64,000 bases of DNA from Ptychomitrium polyphyllum (taxonomy: Eukaryota). The translations under genes and the position numbers were made by a program. Location of the stretch: positions 7,130,001 through 7,194,000 of the forward strand of contig OZ316776.1 in NCBI GenBank assembly GCA_973851085.1, read 5' to 3'. The notes under the pieces are model-generated. The model searched no databases. It was not told where the DNA came from and saw only the letters and a list, made by a program, of their open reading frames with translations. Shown one piece after another: positions 11,299 to 23,861 of this stretch (its first letter is position 1; each line of letters opens with the position of its first letter).

Positions 11299-11541
11299 CG
11301 AGCTCGTCGGATCGCTGGCCTACTTGATCTGGGATGTGCTGCATCCTGGGTTTCTCAAGCGGGACTTGTAGCATAAAACTGTACGATTTGTGTTGTGATG
11401 TTGTGTACTAGGTGTGTAGCACTGGAAGTTATGTCGCCGGGCTATGTAAGTTGTGTGGATTTTATTGTGTGTGTCACTTATGCAACGCCACCGTGCGTGC
11501 ACTCTTGCAGCTTGTGAAGCTGCTTGAGTTTATACAGACTG

Positions 11542-11558
11542 AATAAAAGTAGAATAAA
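11542..11558 (+). terminator. Candidate polyadenylation signals (AATAAA x2) of BURP copy 1
   Basis: AATAAAAGTAGAATAAA about 245 nt after the stop codon, downstream of a GT-rich 3' UTR-like tract. Confidence 0.45.
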
Positions 11559-13094
11559 AGGCTTAGGTACTGGACAGCGTGCGTTCCTGGGATACTTATC
11601 TTTGGTGCAAGGTTGATGGCACCTAGCTAGGAGCACAGCTGATTTCCAGTTAAGCCGCACTTGTAATCCGAAACATCGGTGACCCCAGTTTGTTGTGTTA
11701 TTGTATATAATAAAGTATGTATATATTGTATAGCTCTGGTGTTAATAGGAATTAAGCAGCGAGCTTAATGGCATGCATGAAACTACTTTGAGACATTACC
11801 AAATCCGTGGACAGAGACTGCCAGTCGTGAAACCCACTGAAGCCCACCAACAAGTCTTTGAAGTTCTACGCAGCTAAACTGAATTGAACGAGTCCTGAAG
11901 TGGCTGCTTTCTGGGCCCCCAATCCGCACATCACCTCCTCAGAGCAGACGGTTCGAGATTCTCTGATGTCTGGTTTTTGTTGTTCCAGTTCTTTTTGAAG
12001 GACGAGATTCTGGAATTCGATGGATACCGGTACATAAGAAATTTCTGTCCACTCATGTGGTCATTCGTGAGGCTCAATGTGAAAGGGGCATCGTTTCTTC
12101 AGATTCAAGCACAACACGGCCGCACTGCTCCACACAAAAACAGGCTGCACACTGAGTACTGATGCTACTGCAATGTGATACCATTGTCGTGTACTTCAAA
12201 GTCATACTACACGGCAGCATTATCCAGACCGCATGTGACTTCCCAACTTCCAGAAAGCAATTAGCTCCAGAGACAGCGAATTAAGTCCAGAATGCGGTCA
12301 CCTCTTCATTTTTCGTGCCTAATACTGTGAGATTGCAGTGTGCTTTACATGTAAGGCAAGTTACCAATGCTCCCGCTCTGTATGTAGGTAGAATTCAACC
12401 GTACTGTCAAGTTCAATTATTGAGAAGTCTCCACCACAAGAACTTGTTTCACTGAGTGGAGGGCTTCCGTGATGAAGGGTTCCGGTGGTACCAGGCATCT
12501 TGCTTTTTCCTTCTTACGAGCACTGAAGGAATTTTCTGACCCTGACCATAATTCTGCTTGTAGGCCTTATGCAAATGCCGCCTCTGACGCCTTGTAAGCC
12601 CAACAATGCCCTGTAAACGAGATGATCACAGTGTTTCACCCTCCTGTTCTAGACACCGATAATCAAATTCATACATACAGTAACAACAAAACGAGAGTGA
12701 GCTCAGAGAATCAACTTATTCAAATTCACTCTAAACTTTAGTCGAATACTGTTCGCCACACAAATCCCAAGTCACAGAAGTTGAGGCAATGCTGGAAAAC
12801 CCAGCAAAACTCACACCTTGACGCATCAATTGTACAAGATATCATTGTTTCCATACAATTTATTTACACTCTTAACAGTCTACACCCAGATCCACACGAT
12901 AAATGAGCAAGACATGGTAATAATGGTCTCCGCTTCTGCCAGGAGCCCCCATTAGACAAAAAACCAGACCGAGAGGCTGTGACAAGAACCTCGCATAAGC
13001 TCCTCGAGAACCACCTTCCGAGTTTATATCAAGTGTAAGTGTCACCACCTTCCGAATATGTATCGTGTTTATGTGTCACCACTCTAGCTGGCAG

Positions 13095-14374
13095 ATTTCC
13101 AAGTGAGTATCACAGAGGAGCTTCAGAGAGGTTTGAATGTGTCAGATTTTGCTAGGACTTTGAGAATACCAGGTGTGTTTTTAGATTGGAATATCCATGA
13201 CTTCTACATGCCTCCTCCCAACACCACCACTTGGTTCTTTATGCTTACTCAGTCACTAGTATGAACTATCGCAGATGTGCAATACCACCACTTGGTTCTT
13301 TATGCTTACTCAGTCACTAGTATGAACTATCGCAGATGTGCAATAGTGTAAATCATTGGAAGATCATCGGACCATACACAATTGGTAGATCAATTGTATT
13401 CCAGAGTGACTTTGAAGCACAAAGTTGTACTTTGTACCAAAGATGCCCACCTACCATGAAGACATGTGCCACTCCAAAGTGAACAGTGGATTTTGAATTG
13501 GTGATGGTTTAGGAATGGCTAGAGCTATGACATGGATGCGTTTGCACAGATGGTGCTCCTCAACAAACGTACAATGTAGACATGACGTACTCTTCGTACA
13601 CATCAATCAAGAGGCACATGGCAGCAACGGTCGGAAAGCGCCTTTTCCAAAGATTCTTCGATTGGCCATTTGCAACTTCATCGTAGGTGTCCGGACACAT
13701 CCATTGGTTTTAAAGGATCCAAATTTCACTTGCACTTTTGGGCTGCCAAAAGTACGAGTATTCTTTTTGTGGTTCTATCATAAACAAGCAATGGCCGCTG
13801 CCCAGCATCACCTGGATCTAGACATGGTGGCTAGGGCTCTTTCCACGCTATGAAGGACGTCACGTTTTGGATCATGTAATGTATAGATTTTTGTACTTCC
13901 TTGCACAATAGTGATATGTGACACCTGAATCTTGTAGACACTGGTGGCAAATGAACATGGACCATTTAGATGTAGAAAATGATCAGGGACCATTTAGATT
14001 TTGAAGTCATTTGATCGTGCACATGGAATGTTGAGATGTCTATTTACTATAGAGAAGACACAACAATTGTAAGAGTGCCTCTTAGAATCAAGTATATGAA
14101 TGATTAAATCCATGTCTTTTTGGAAGAACGTATTGTGACAAGATCAGCACTTGAATTTTGTGCTTACAAATCTAAGTGCTATCTAGAACTAAAGAGCTTT
14201 GAGGGAATTTGTAGTTGAGTTGTTTGTAGAGTTGAGATTTACTATCTGAAAAGCCATTGTTAAAGAATGTGTTTGGGCACACATGTTGCAAGCATGCATG
14301 TTTGAAGTACTTCTTGCATTAAAATGGAAGAATAAAAGGTCCTTCACAATGATGGTATTCTAGAGAATGATATT
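13095..14374 (-). repeat. H repeat, X-H-G junction (same type at about 25926-27145 + and 48095-49314 +)
   Basis: Reverse complement of 3699-4930 with G-type diagnostic bases (GCTCTAGCCATTCCTAAACC, shorter distal end). Confidence 0.85.
13223..13344 (+). repeat. Perfect 61-bp tandem duplication private to this H copy
   Basis: ACCACCACTTGG...GATGTGCAAT occurs twice (13223-13283, 13284-13344); single in all other H copies. Confidence 0.95.
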
Positions 14375-16438
14375 CTAAATTAGTGAGCTACTGTATAGCG
14401 TGGAACGCGTTTTAGTGGTCCTCTTGGAATACCAGTAGTCTTTTGTAGATATCACAAAAGGGATAATTAGATGGATTTTATGTTGCTTGCAGGAATACAA
14501 ACCAAAGTGTGATGATGCATGTTTAGCTTTGGAGAGCAATTTGCATAGTAGAGAGAGTACATAGGAGGGGCCTGTCAAGATGTATTATCATAATTTGTAA
14601 AAGAAGGAGTTTGGAATGTAGAAGAACTATAGGTTACCATATTCAAAGTGGCAAGTCTTACATTGGTTGGGTGCAATGATTTAGAGCTTTATTTTGAACT
14701 ATTGTGGCATTTAATTGTGACTTTATTAATTCATTGTTGTTGAATGAAAGCATTACCTATAACCAAAGACTCCTAAATTTTGACATAAGCAAAAATTAGT
14801 AAGTATTATTCAAAACATACAACAACAAATTTCCATGTTGTATGGACTATTAGTAGTTTGTTAGAAGAATCAAAGGAAGAATATGCAAGATGTGGTAGAT
14901 AGAAGGAAATTCTAGGTAGAAAGGTAAAATAATGTAAAATTACTTAGTTGAAGTAGTTTCATTTGGAAGGTGCATTTAAAGTTGTGGATTTCATAAGTCA
15001 CCAATACGTATGATTTGAGTGTACGCATGCATCTTTACATATGTATTGAATTTACTTGTGTACATTAATCAGGAACAAGCAGCAAAATGTGTAACGGTAC
15101 CATTAGGCAATGGATCAATACATTGATCATGATACAACATCATGTAAGATGATATTTCAAATTGTTTAGTTCTACAAGCATTGTGTCAACAAAAGAAAAT
15201 TCTTACATTACTTAAGTTGAAGGCACGATTTGAAATTTATTGAGACTCAGCATGTATTATGCATGGAAAGACAAGACAAGGAATCAACACAAGGGGATGG
15301 TCTAACTAGACTTATATCACAATAAGGTTTAAATCTAAAAAGTCTAAACTGGGCCACAAAATCTGCGTTGTCTAGACTCAAAATCTCTCCAACTTTTATT
15401 CTTACATATACTAGAAAGAAAAGCCTTGGAAGCTTCACAAGAGGATTCCAATAGAAGGCTTCGTACTCAAGCAACCTTGAATTGCTCCTTTGGAAGCTTC
15501 TTTAACCAAGGTAGCTTCTTCGGAACCTTCCTAGACCTTCTTGGATCTTCTCAAAACCTTCTTGAATTTCCTTAGACCTTATAGGAACCTTCCTAGACCT
15601 CCTTGAACCTTCTTGGTCCTTCCAAAAGCTTCTAATCTATATGATTGTGATAGCATGTGTGAAAGAAAATTTCACATTTCATGCAATGATTTTTTTGTGC
15701 GTTGATTAGGACAACGTTCTAATATAGCAGAGCAAGCAAGAATAGAATGAAATCATTCCAACTTCTTGGCTTTGTTTGTTGTAGGATTGACCAATGCAAA
15801 TATTCAATCATTTGCACAAAAATGTTTAATGCGCAGTGGACAACAACGATGATACTTTGAAGATACGGAAGCAAAGACAAAATAGATGGAGATAGATTAT
15901 ACTCAAGTAAATGCAATGAAATGGATGTTGAAGAAAACCAGTGAAGGAAATATTCATTTAAAGCTCTAATGCAAGTCAAGCTCATGGAAGAAATTTAGGT
16001 TTTTGTCAAAATGAATAAAAGATTGTGCTTCAATGTCGAAATAAAGAATCATAAATAGCAGAAGAAACAAATGTATTCCATCCTTGAGAACATTGTATGG
16101 TACATGTATCATACGGTGAAGGATATAGAATTGCAAATTCTTGATATAGTGTAGTGAAACTTTGAGGCACATGGAAATCTAAATATGTACCAAAACTAAG
16201 TCACACATTTTCACGTTGCACAATGCATCTCTAAAACAAATGGAACATGGTTAGGTTGTAAAGTGCATACATTTGATTGATTGCAAAGCTGGTAGTATAC
16301 ATGGAACTTGGAACAAATATATGTCATCCTTGAGAACATTGTATGATACATGTATCATATAGCGAGGGTAAAGATTTGCAAATTCTTGATGTACTGCACT
16401 GGAATGTTAAGGCACATGGAAATTTTAAAATCTTCTTC

Positions 16439-17345
16439 ACGCTTTCAAACTTCCATCGCGCATGCCCAATTGCCCGCAGGTGCTTTTCTCTGCCCGAGTG
16501 GGCCTGGCTCGACAGAGCAGCTGGCGGACGAGCCGCGGTGGACTGCGAATCCCCTTCCCCACCTCAAAGCTGGCTCTCCAGAATGTTCACCACCTTTCAG
16601 CCCAGCGTCGTAGACTGCTGGAACCGGATCGGCCTAAGACATCTTTGCGTGTCTCTCGAGATAAGTGATCGCGATGCATACCAACCAGTTCACCAACACC
16701 TCTTATTTGAGTCACCTGGAATAAGTATCTGGAGGTTAGTGGACGTGAAATCACCAGGGTTGGGTGCAGCTTGCAATAAATCCGATTTTCTGATTTTCTG
16801 CAGGTCGCAGCTCTATCAAACACGTTTATGCTTTGAAATTGGCCAATGGCATTGCAGAACCAGCGGATTTTTCCAATCGATAGCCCTCGACACGGATCAC
16901 AGCGCCAATTTACTAGTTGATTCCGCACACTTACAATCAGTTGCCTCGTCAAAGTTGGCGACATTTTTACCCGCCCATGAGATTCCCTGGATGTTTAATC
17001 TGAAACTTTCTGCTCAAAGGTGGAGATGAAAAATTCTGCCTAGATCTCATGTGGTGTACATGTGTCCGTGTATGTATCCTGTGGTGCTGATCTTATGATT
17101 CAAATCACTTAGTTTGTGCTTCGTAAACTCGTACTAGCAGGGTTAATTCCGACCAACTCCATTAAAGGTCTTGTTCTCGAGAAGAACACAAATGCATGCC
17201 CGCGGCGGATCAGACAGCCTGCTCCTACTAAACAATCAGGTATCCTGGCCTTCACAAGCAGAGAACCAGCGCTAACCGCTCACTGTTGCGCAGCTTGATG
17301 TCACCACCAGAGGGTCATGAATCGACCCCAAAATAATTGCTCCCA
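16439..17345 (-). repeat. P repeat, orphan (W-P-X, inverted)
   Basis: Reverse complement of 728-1634 (sum 18073). Confidence 0.95.
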
Positions 17346-17427
17346 AATTGAGATGTCACCTGTATTATTATGGTGTCAGATACAATCGTAGATAAAGGTA
17401 TTTCTTTCTTTTATTAACGTGTATAAT

Positions 17428-18682
17428 ACATCATTTTTCAAGATGTCACCATTGTGAAGGATCTTTCTTCTTTTATATCTTTTGCCAAAAGTACTCAAAC
17501 ATGTATGCTTATAATGTGTGCTTGCACCCATCTTGTACCAACGGTTTTTTGGTAGTAATTTTCAATTCTATACACAATTCAATTACAAATCTCGGCAAAG
17601 CCTTCTAGTTCTGTGTAGCACATAGATCTATGTCCGCTAAATTCCTGTGCTAATCTCATCACAATACATTCATACAACGAAGAATGGAATTAATCAGTGA
17701 TATACTTGACTCTAAAAGACACTCTTACAATTGTTGTGCCATCCTTCTCAAAGTAAACACCTCACCATTCCTTGTGCAATATCAAATGACTTCAAAATCT
17801 AAATGGTCCCTGATCATTTCTTACATCTAAATTCTCCCTGATCATTTCCTACATCTAAATGGTCCATGTTCATTTGCCACCAGTGTCTACAAGATTCAGG
17901 TGTCACATATCACTATTGTGCAAGGAAGTACAAAAATCTATACATTACATGATCCAAAACGTGACGTCCTTCATAGCGTGGAAAGAGCCCTAGCCACCAT
18001 GTCTAGATCCAGGTGATGCTGGGCAGCGGCCATTGCTTGTTTATGATAGAACCACAAAAAGAATACTCGTACTTTTGGCAGCCCAAAAGTGCAGGTGAAA
18101 TTTGGATCCTTTAAAACCAATGGATGTGTCCGGACACCTACGATGAAGTTGCAAATGGCCAATCGAAGAATCTTTGGAAAAGGCGCTTTCCGACCGTTGC
18201 TGCCATGTGCCTCTTGATTGATGTGTACGAAGAGTACGTCATGTCTACATTGTACGTTTGTTGAGGAGCACCATCTGTGCAAACGCATCCATGTCATAGC
18301 TATAGCCATTTCTAAGCCATCACCAATGCAAAATCCACTGTTCACTTTGGAGTGGCACATGTCTTCATGGTAGGTGGGCATCTTTGGTACAAAGTACAGC
18401 TTTGTGCTTCAAAGTCACTCTGGAATACAATTGATCCGCCAATTGTGTATGGTCCGATGATCTTCCAATGATTTACACTATTGCACATCTGCGATAGTTC
18501 ATACTAGTGACTGAGTAAGCATAAAGAACCAAGTGGTAGTGTTGGGAGGAGGCATGTAAAGTTATGGGTATTCCAATCTAAAAACACACCTGGTATTCTC
18601 AAAGTCCTAGCAAAATCTGACCTTGGAAACATAAGTCAAGCCTTTGTGAAGCTTCTTTGTGATACTCACTTGGAAATTTTGC
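17428..18682 (+). repeat. H repeat, W-H-Y junction (same type at about 35310-36564 - and 57479-58733 -)
   Basis: Hc-type left flank with a doubled 28-mer, Y-type right flank. Confidence 0.85.
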
Positions 18683-21600
18683 CAACTGGGTTAATTGCAT
18701 CATTCAATCTATAACAAGTCTTTGGTGATTACTCACGCTCAATCAATTCATGCAAGATAAATGTGTATTCAATGATTGTGTTCAAAGGTTGTATATGTAT
18801 TTATACACTTTAACATAAAATAATAAGATACATTGGCCTACAATCTTATTTCCAATTGGCTTACACTATAATAGAAGCAACGATGTTTGAATTCAAGCAG
18901 GCTATAAGCATGAATTTGCACATTATAAGCAAGTTTGAGACAGTCATGTGTCATGTCAAATGGTACACCAACCAACAATGTCTTGTCAAAAATAGTCTAA
19001 ATAATAGTATTTCAACAAATTGAGGCATTAGCACAAATGATTCAAAGGATTAGACACATGTCTTAAATAATGGAAGAACCCGAATCAAGTTGATTATAGT
19101 GTAAGACAATAACAATTCCTACACCACAAAAGCTTAGTTATACCCTATTAAAGAAGAAATCCTCCTCCTTGTTGACTAAGTCCTTTGCAACTGCATAGAT
19201 AAGAAGATCAAAGATTATATTCTCAAAGTACTTTGAAGCACAAAGTTGTACTTTGTACCAAAGATGCTCACCTACCATGAAGACAACTGCCACTCCAAAG
19301 TGAGCAGTGGATTTTGCATTGGTGATGGCTCAAGGAATGGCTATAGCTATGACAAGGACGCGTTTGCACAGAAGGTGCTCCTCAACAAACGTACGATGTA
19401 GACATGACGTACTCTTCGTACACACCAATCAAGAGGCACATGGCAGCAACGGTCGGAAAGCGCCTTTTCCAAAGATTCTTTGATTGGCCATTTGCAATTT
19501 CACTTTAGGTGTCCGGAAACATCCATTGGTTTCAAAAGATCCAAATTTCACCCGCACTTTTGGAATGCCAAAAGTACGAGTATTGTTCTTGTGGTTCTGT
19601 CATAAACAAGCAATGGCCGCTGCCCAACATCACGTGGATCTAGAGATGGTGTGACAAGAGGTCTTTCCATGTTATGAAGGAGATCATCTTTTGCATCATC
19701 CAATGTATAGAATTTTGTACTTCCTCGGGCGTTAGTGATATGTGACATCTGAATCTTGTAGGCACTGGTAGCAAATGAACATTGACCATTTGGATTTTGA
19801 AGTCGTTTGATTGTGCACATGGAACGTTGAGATGTCTATTCACGAGGGGGAAGACACAACATTTGTAAGAGGGTGTTTTGGAATCAAATACATCAAGGAC
19901 TATGTCCATGTTCTTTTGTAGTTATGTATTGCGACCACATGAGCACATGAATGTAATAGACACATATGCAAATGCTATCTTGTACGGAAAAGCTTTGAGG
20001 GAATTTGTAATTGAGTTGTTTATGGAATTGAAGATTACCACCTGCAAAAGCCATTGTTAAAGGATGAGTTTGAGCACACTTGTTGTAAGCATACATGTTT
20101 GGATACTTTTGGCAGAAATATGCATGAATAAAAGATCCTTCGCAATGACAGTATTCTAGAGAATGATATTTTGAATTTATAAATTGTAGATAGATGCAAC
20201 TAATCTTTGGATGCGAAGTTAGTGTTTATGATGTTGTAGGAGCCTTTTCACTTTTAATTAGTGAATTATAAATTTGCTAGGGTGTAGAGTATGAAGACAT
20301 TGTGTGTTGTTTTTGTTAGATCACGTAAGCGTATTTGTAAGCTTGGATACACATTAAAGAATCTATAGTTGTTGTAGCATTGAACAAGCTCTATTTGTAA
20401 TTGTTTGGTAGTGTATGTATTATTTACTTAAACATTTATGTAAATCTATACTTGATGTGCAATGATGTTGTGTTCCTTTGAATGGATGTTATTTATTTGA
20501 AGCTTTGAATCTTTCAAAATGGAGTCATTATTCCATCTTTTTGATGATGTAAATTTCATTAGAAATTTCAACTTAAGAAACATTCTATTAAATATAAAAT
20601 TTTAAGTTTTTAACTAATATTTAATCACTTGAACACATCCATAGATTGTCCATATATTGCTAGGTTAGAATGTATTGTCATGGAGGCTTTTAACTACAAT
20701 AAAGTAGCCACATCTCAATGCAGGGATGAATTGAATGTTTTGGCACTATTATTGTTTGATTGTGTATGATATCATTATATTAGATTTTGAAGCCATAATT
20801 CATGTAATTGAGTGCGTAGTAAAATTTATTGTCCAAATTTCATTGAAAATTTTGACTTCAATAAATGCCTTATTTGAGAGAAATTTGTTATAGTATATGA
20901 CACAATTGTATCATGTTTGGCAGGTTTGTAGAACCATTCATTGGTTTTGTGCATGCAAGATGCTCATAATAATTTTGAAGCATGTATAGAAATCCAATTA
21001 GAGCGATATTAATATGAATAAAAATAAAAAGTTATATGGATTAACTAATATAAGAAGTGAGATGTTTGTGCAGATGTGACATGGTAAGGTTGGTACAATC
21101 CCTTATTGTTTTCTTAAATACTAGAATAGCAGAAAGTACATTTTATAAAATGATGGCTACAAAGGTAGGCATGTTACGGAATGTATGACTCATATTATGA
21201 CATGTATATCATATTCACCCTACTTACAAATCAACCTTCTAATTGTATCCAACAATGAGGTGGCCCTTTATTTTGTTCAAATCAAAAGCCTCAAAGAAAC
21301 GCATCAAAGTGGAATATTTTTATTTCACAATGAGTTCCTCTTGATAAATTGATTTTTAACCTATTAGAGTATTATATATGTGATAATTGTACTTTGTACA
21401 ATGTGTATATGTGCAATTTTTCCTTATTTTCTTTGCCTTTAATGTTTGATACTTTTATAATGTGTTTCAAAGGTATAACAAAAATATACAAGTTGATAGA
21501 ACATTGCATTAAAAACTCAAGCAATTGTTAAATGTATAACAATCCATACCCACATTTTCAAAAGGAGTATAAAAGATAAGTAAAGGTGATGTTTGAAGAT

Positions 21601-22954
21601 GTTTTGAACTTTATATTTCAAACAACACCTTCAAAGAATTTTGGATATGTCATGTCAAAATGTATATTTTTTAACACACTAATATAAGTATTTCAATCTC
21701 AAAAATCATGTTCTCAATAAATATTTGTTACCTTTAATTCACTTCACATTTACAACTTGCATTACTCTCACTATTCATCACTCACTATCCTCTCACTACT
21801 CGTCACTCACTTTCCTCTCACTATTCGTCACTTACTTTCCTCACTATTCGTCGCCTGCTTTACTCTCAAGTTTTAGGTGACCAAAGTGCAGCTCAAGTTG
21901 TCCAATTTATCCTGCTTGCCCCCTCACTACCACACAAGTCTGTGTCACGTTCACTTACCACACTAGTCTGTCGCACATTCAACTCACCACACAAGTCTGT
22001 GTCACGTTCAACTTACTCATAACCCAAACATATGTTCACACAAGGAGTGCACGGTTTACTTTCTGCACTTTAAATCCACGGACCTTTACATTCTAGCACT
22101 GGTGCTCGATGGAGCAGCGTCGATGCCAAATACGAATCCTTTGCAATAATTGAAAATTACAATGATTATCCTCCGCAGCAGAGTGACTAGTGAAGAGAGG
22201 AGAGAATCAATGTTGTTGGTGAAGCCGGTGCTGCGTCTCCATCCCGGTGCAAGCTGATGCATACGAAAGCGGTCGACCCTGTGGAACCTTATCGCCATGC
22301 TGATCATGCTGTTGGGTTTGACTATGGTGGGGACGACGGTCAAGAGACTTCGTCACGGTTCCTCCTCCTGGCTTCGCTTAAACCTTTATGCCCTACAGGT
22401 ATTCCGGATTCACACCCAAAAAAAAAAAGTACGTAAGAGGCCATAAATCCCACATGCTCATGAAGAATTTATTGAAGGCCTTTCACAAACGAATCTATTA
22501 CACATTACACCTAGTCCGATTTCTTGTTATTATTTTAGTGTTTTCTAAAGTGTTATGATTCTTTCTATGCACGACTCCAAAATTTACACTATAAATATAA
22601 ACCCAAACATCTCAATGTGAACAAAATACCTGAAACTTTCAAAACACACCTAAACCACAATTTCATTCGACTATCTTGTTTCCTCAGTCATCTAGGTCTA
22701 AACCCTGTAACCTCAATTTATGAAATCTATAGCTGTGCCAAATCAACTGAACAGATTATAAGACCCCTTTATTCCTGGAATCAGCACAAATCAAAGCCTA
22801 AACACCAATATGCAACAGACAATACCATTTGACCGACAACTCCGTTACCTCCGGCCATTTAGAAAACCCCTTCAGTAGGTAGAACAGAACGGCATAAACA
22901 GGCCTTCTCAATTCTTAACGTCCACACCGTGAATAGTTAGGTGCCATCACATTC

Positions 22955-23861
22955 TGGGAGCAATTACTTTGGGGTCGATTCATGACCCTCTGGTGGTGAC
23001 ATCAAGCTGCGCAACAGTGAGCGGTTAGCGCTGGTTCTCTGCTTGTGAAGGCCAGGATACCTGATTGTTTAGTAGGAGCAGGCTGTCTGATCCGCCGCGG
23101 GCATGCATTTGTGTTCTTCTCGAGAACAAGACCTTTAATGGAGTTGGTCGGAATTAACCCTGCTAGTACGAGTTTACGAAGCACAAACTAAGTGATTTGA
23201 ATCATAAGATCAGCACCACAGGATACATACACGGACACATGTACACCACATGAGATCTAGGCAGAATTTTTCATCTCCACCTTTGAGCAGAAAGTTTCAG
23301 ATTAAACATCCAGGGAATCTCATGGGCGGGTAAAAATGTCGCCAACTTTGACGAGGCAACTGATTGTAAGTGTGCGGAATCAACTAGTAAATTGGCGCTG
23401 TGATCCGTGTCGAGGGCTATCGATTGGAAAAATCCGCTGGTTCTGCAATGCCATTGGCCAATTTCAAAGCATAAACGTGTTTGATAGAGCTGCGACCTGC
23501 AGAAAATCAGAAAATCGGATTTATTGCAAGCTGCACCCAACCCTGGTGATTTCACGTCCACTAACCTCCAGATACTTATTCCAGGTGACTCAAATAAGAG
23601 GTGTTGGTGAACTGGTTGGTATGCATCGCGATCACTTATCTCGAGAGACACGCAAAGATGTCTTAGGCCGATCCGGTTCCAGCAGTCTACGACGCTGGGC
23701 TGAAAGGTGGTGAACATTCTGGAGAGCCAGCTTTGAGGTGGGGAAGGGGATTCGCAGTCCACCGCGGCTCGTCCGCCAGCTGCTCTGTCGAGCCAGGCCC
23801 ACTCGGGCAGAGAAAAGCACCTGCGGGCAATTGGGCATGCGCGATGGAAGTTTGAAAGCGT
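22955..23861 (+). repeat. P repeat, orphan (Z-P-X)
   Basis: Left flank as at 9203, right flank as at 1634. Confidence 0.95.

Larger units (their letters stand above)
1..18072. repeat. Inverted repeat, arms 1-about 4870 and about 13140-18072
   Basis: Coordinate sum 18073 (775/17298, 4220/13853); may extend beyond the window start. Confidence 0.9.
4084..23861 (+). repeat. Direct repeat, period about 13,752 bp (1.4 copies of the 13.7-kb monomer)
   Basis: 5796/19548 and 9250/23002 differ by 13752. The 13,692 period of the opposite-orientation tract (23002/36694) lacks a 61-bp duplication. Confidence 0.92.
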
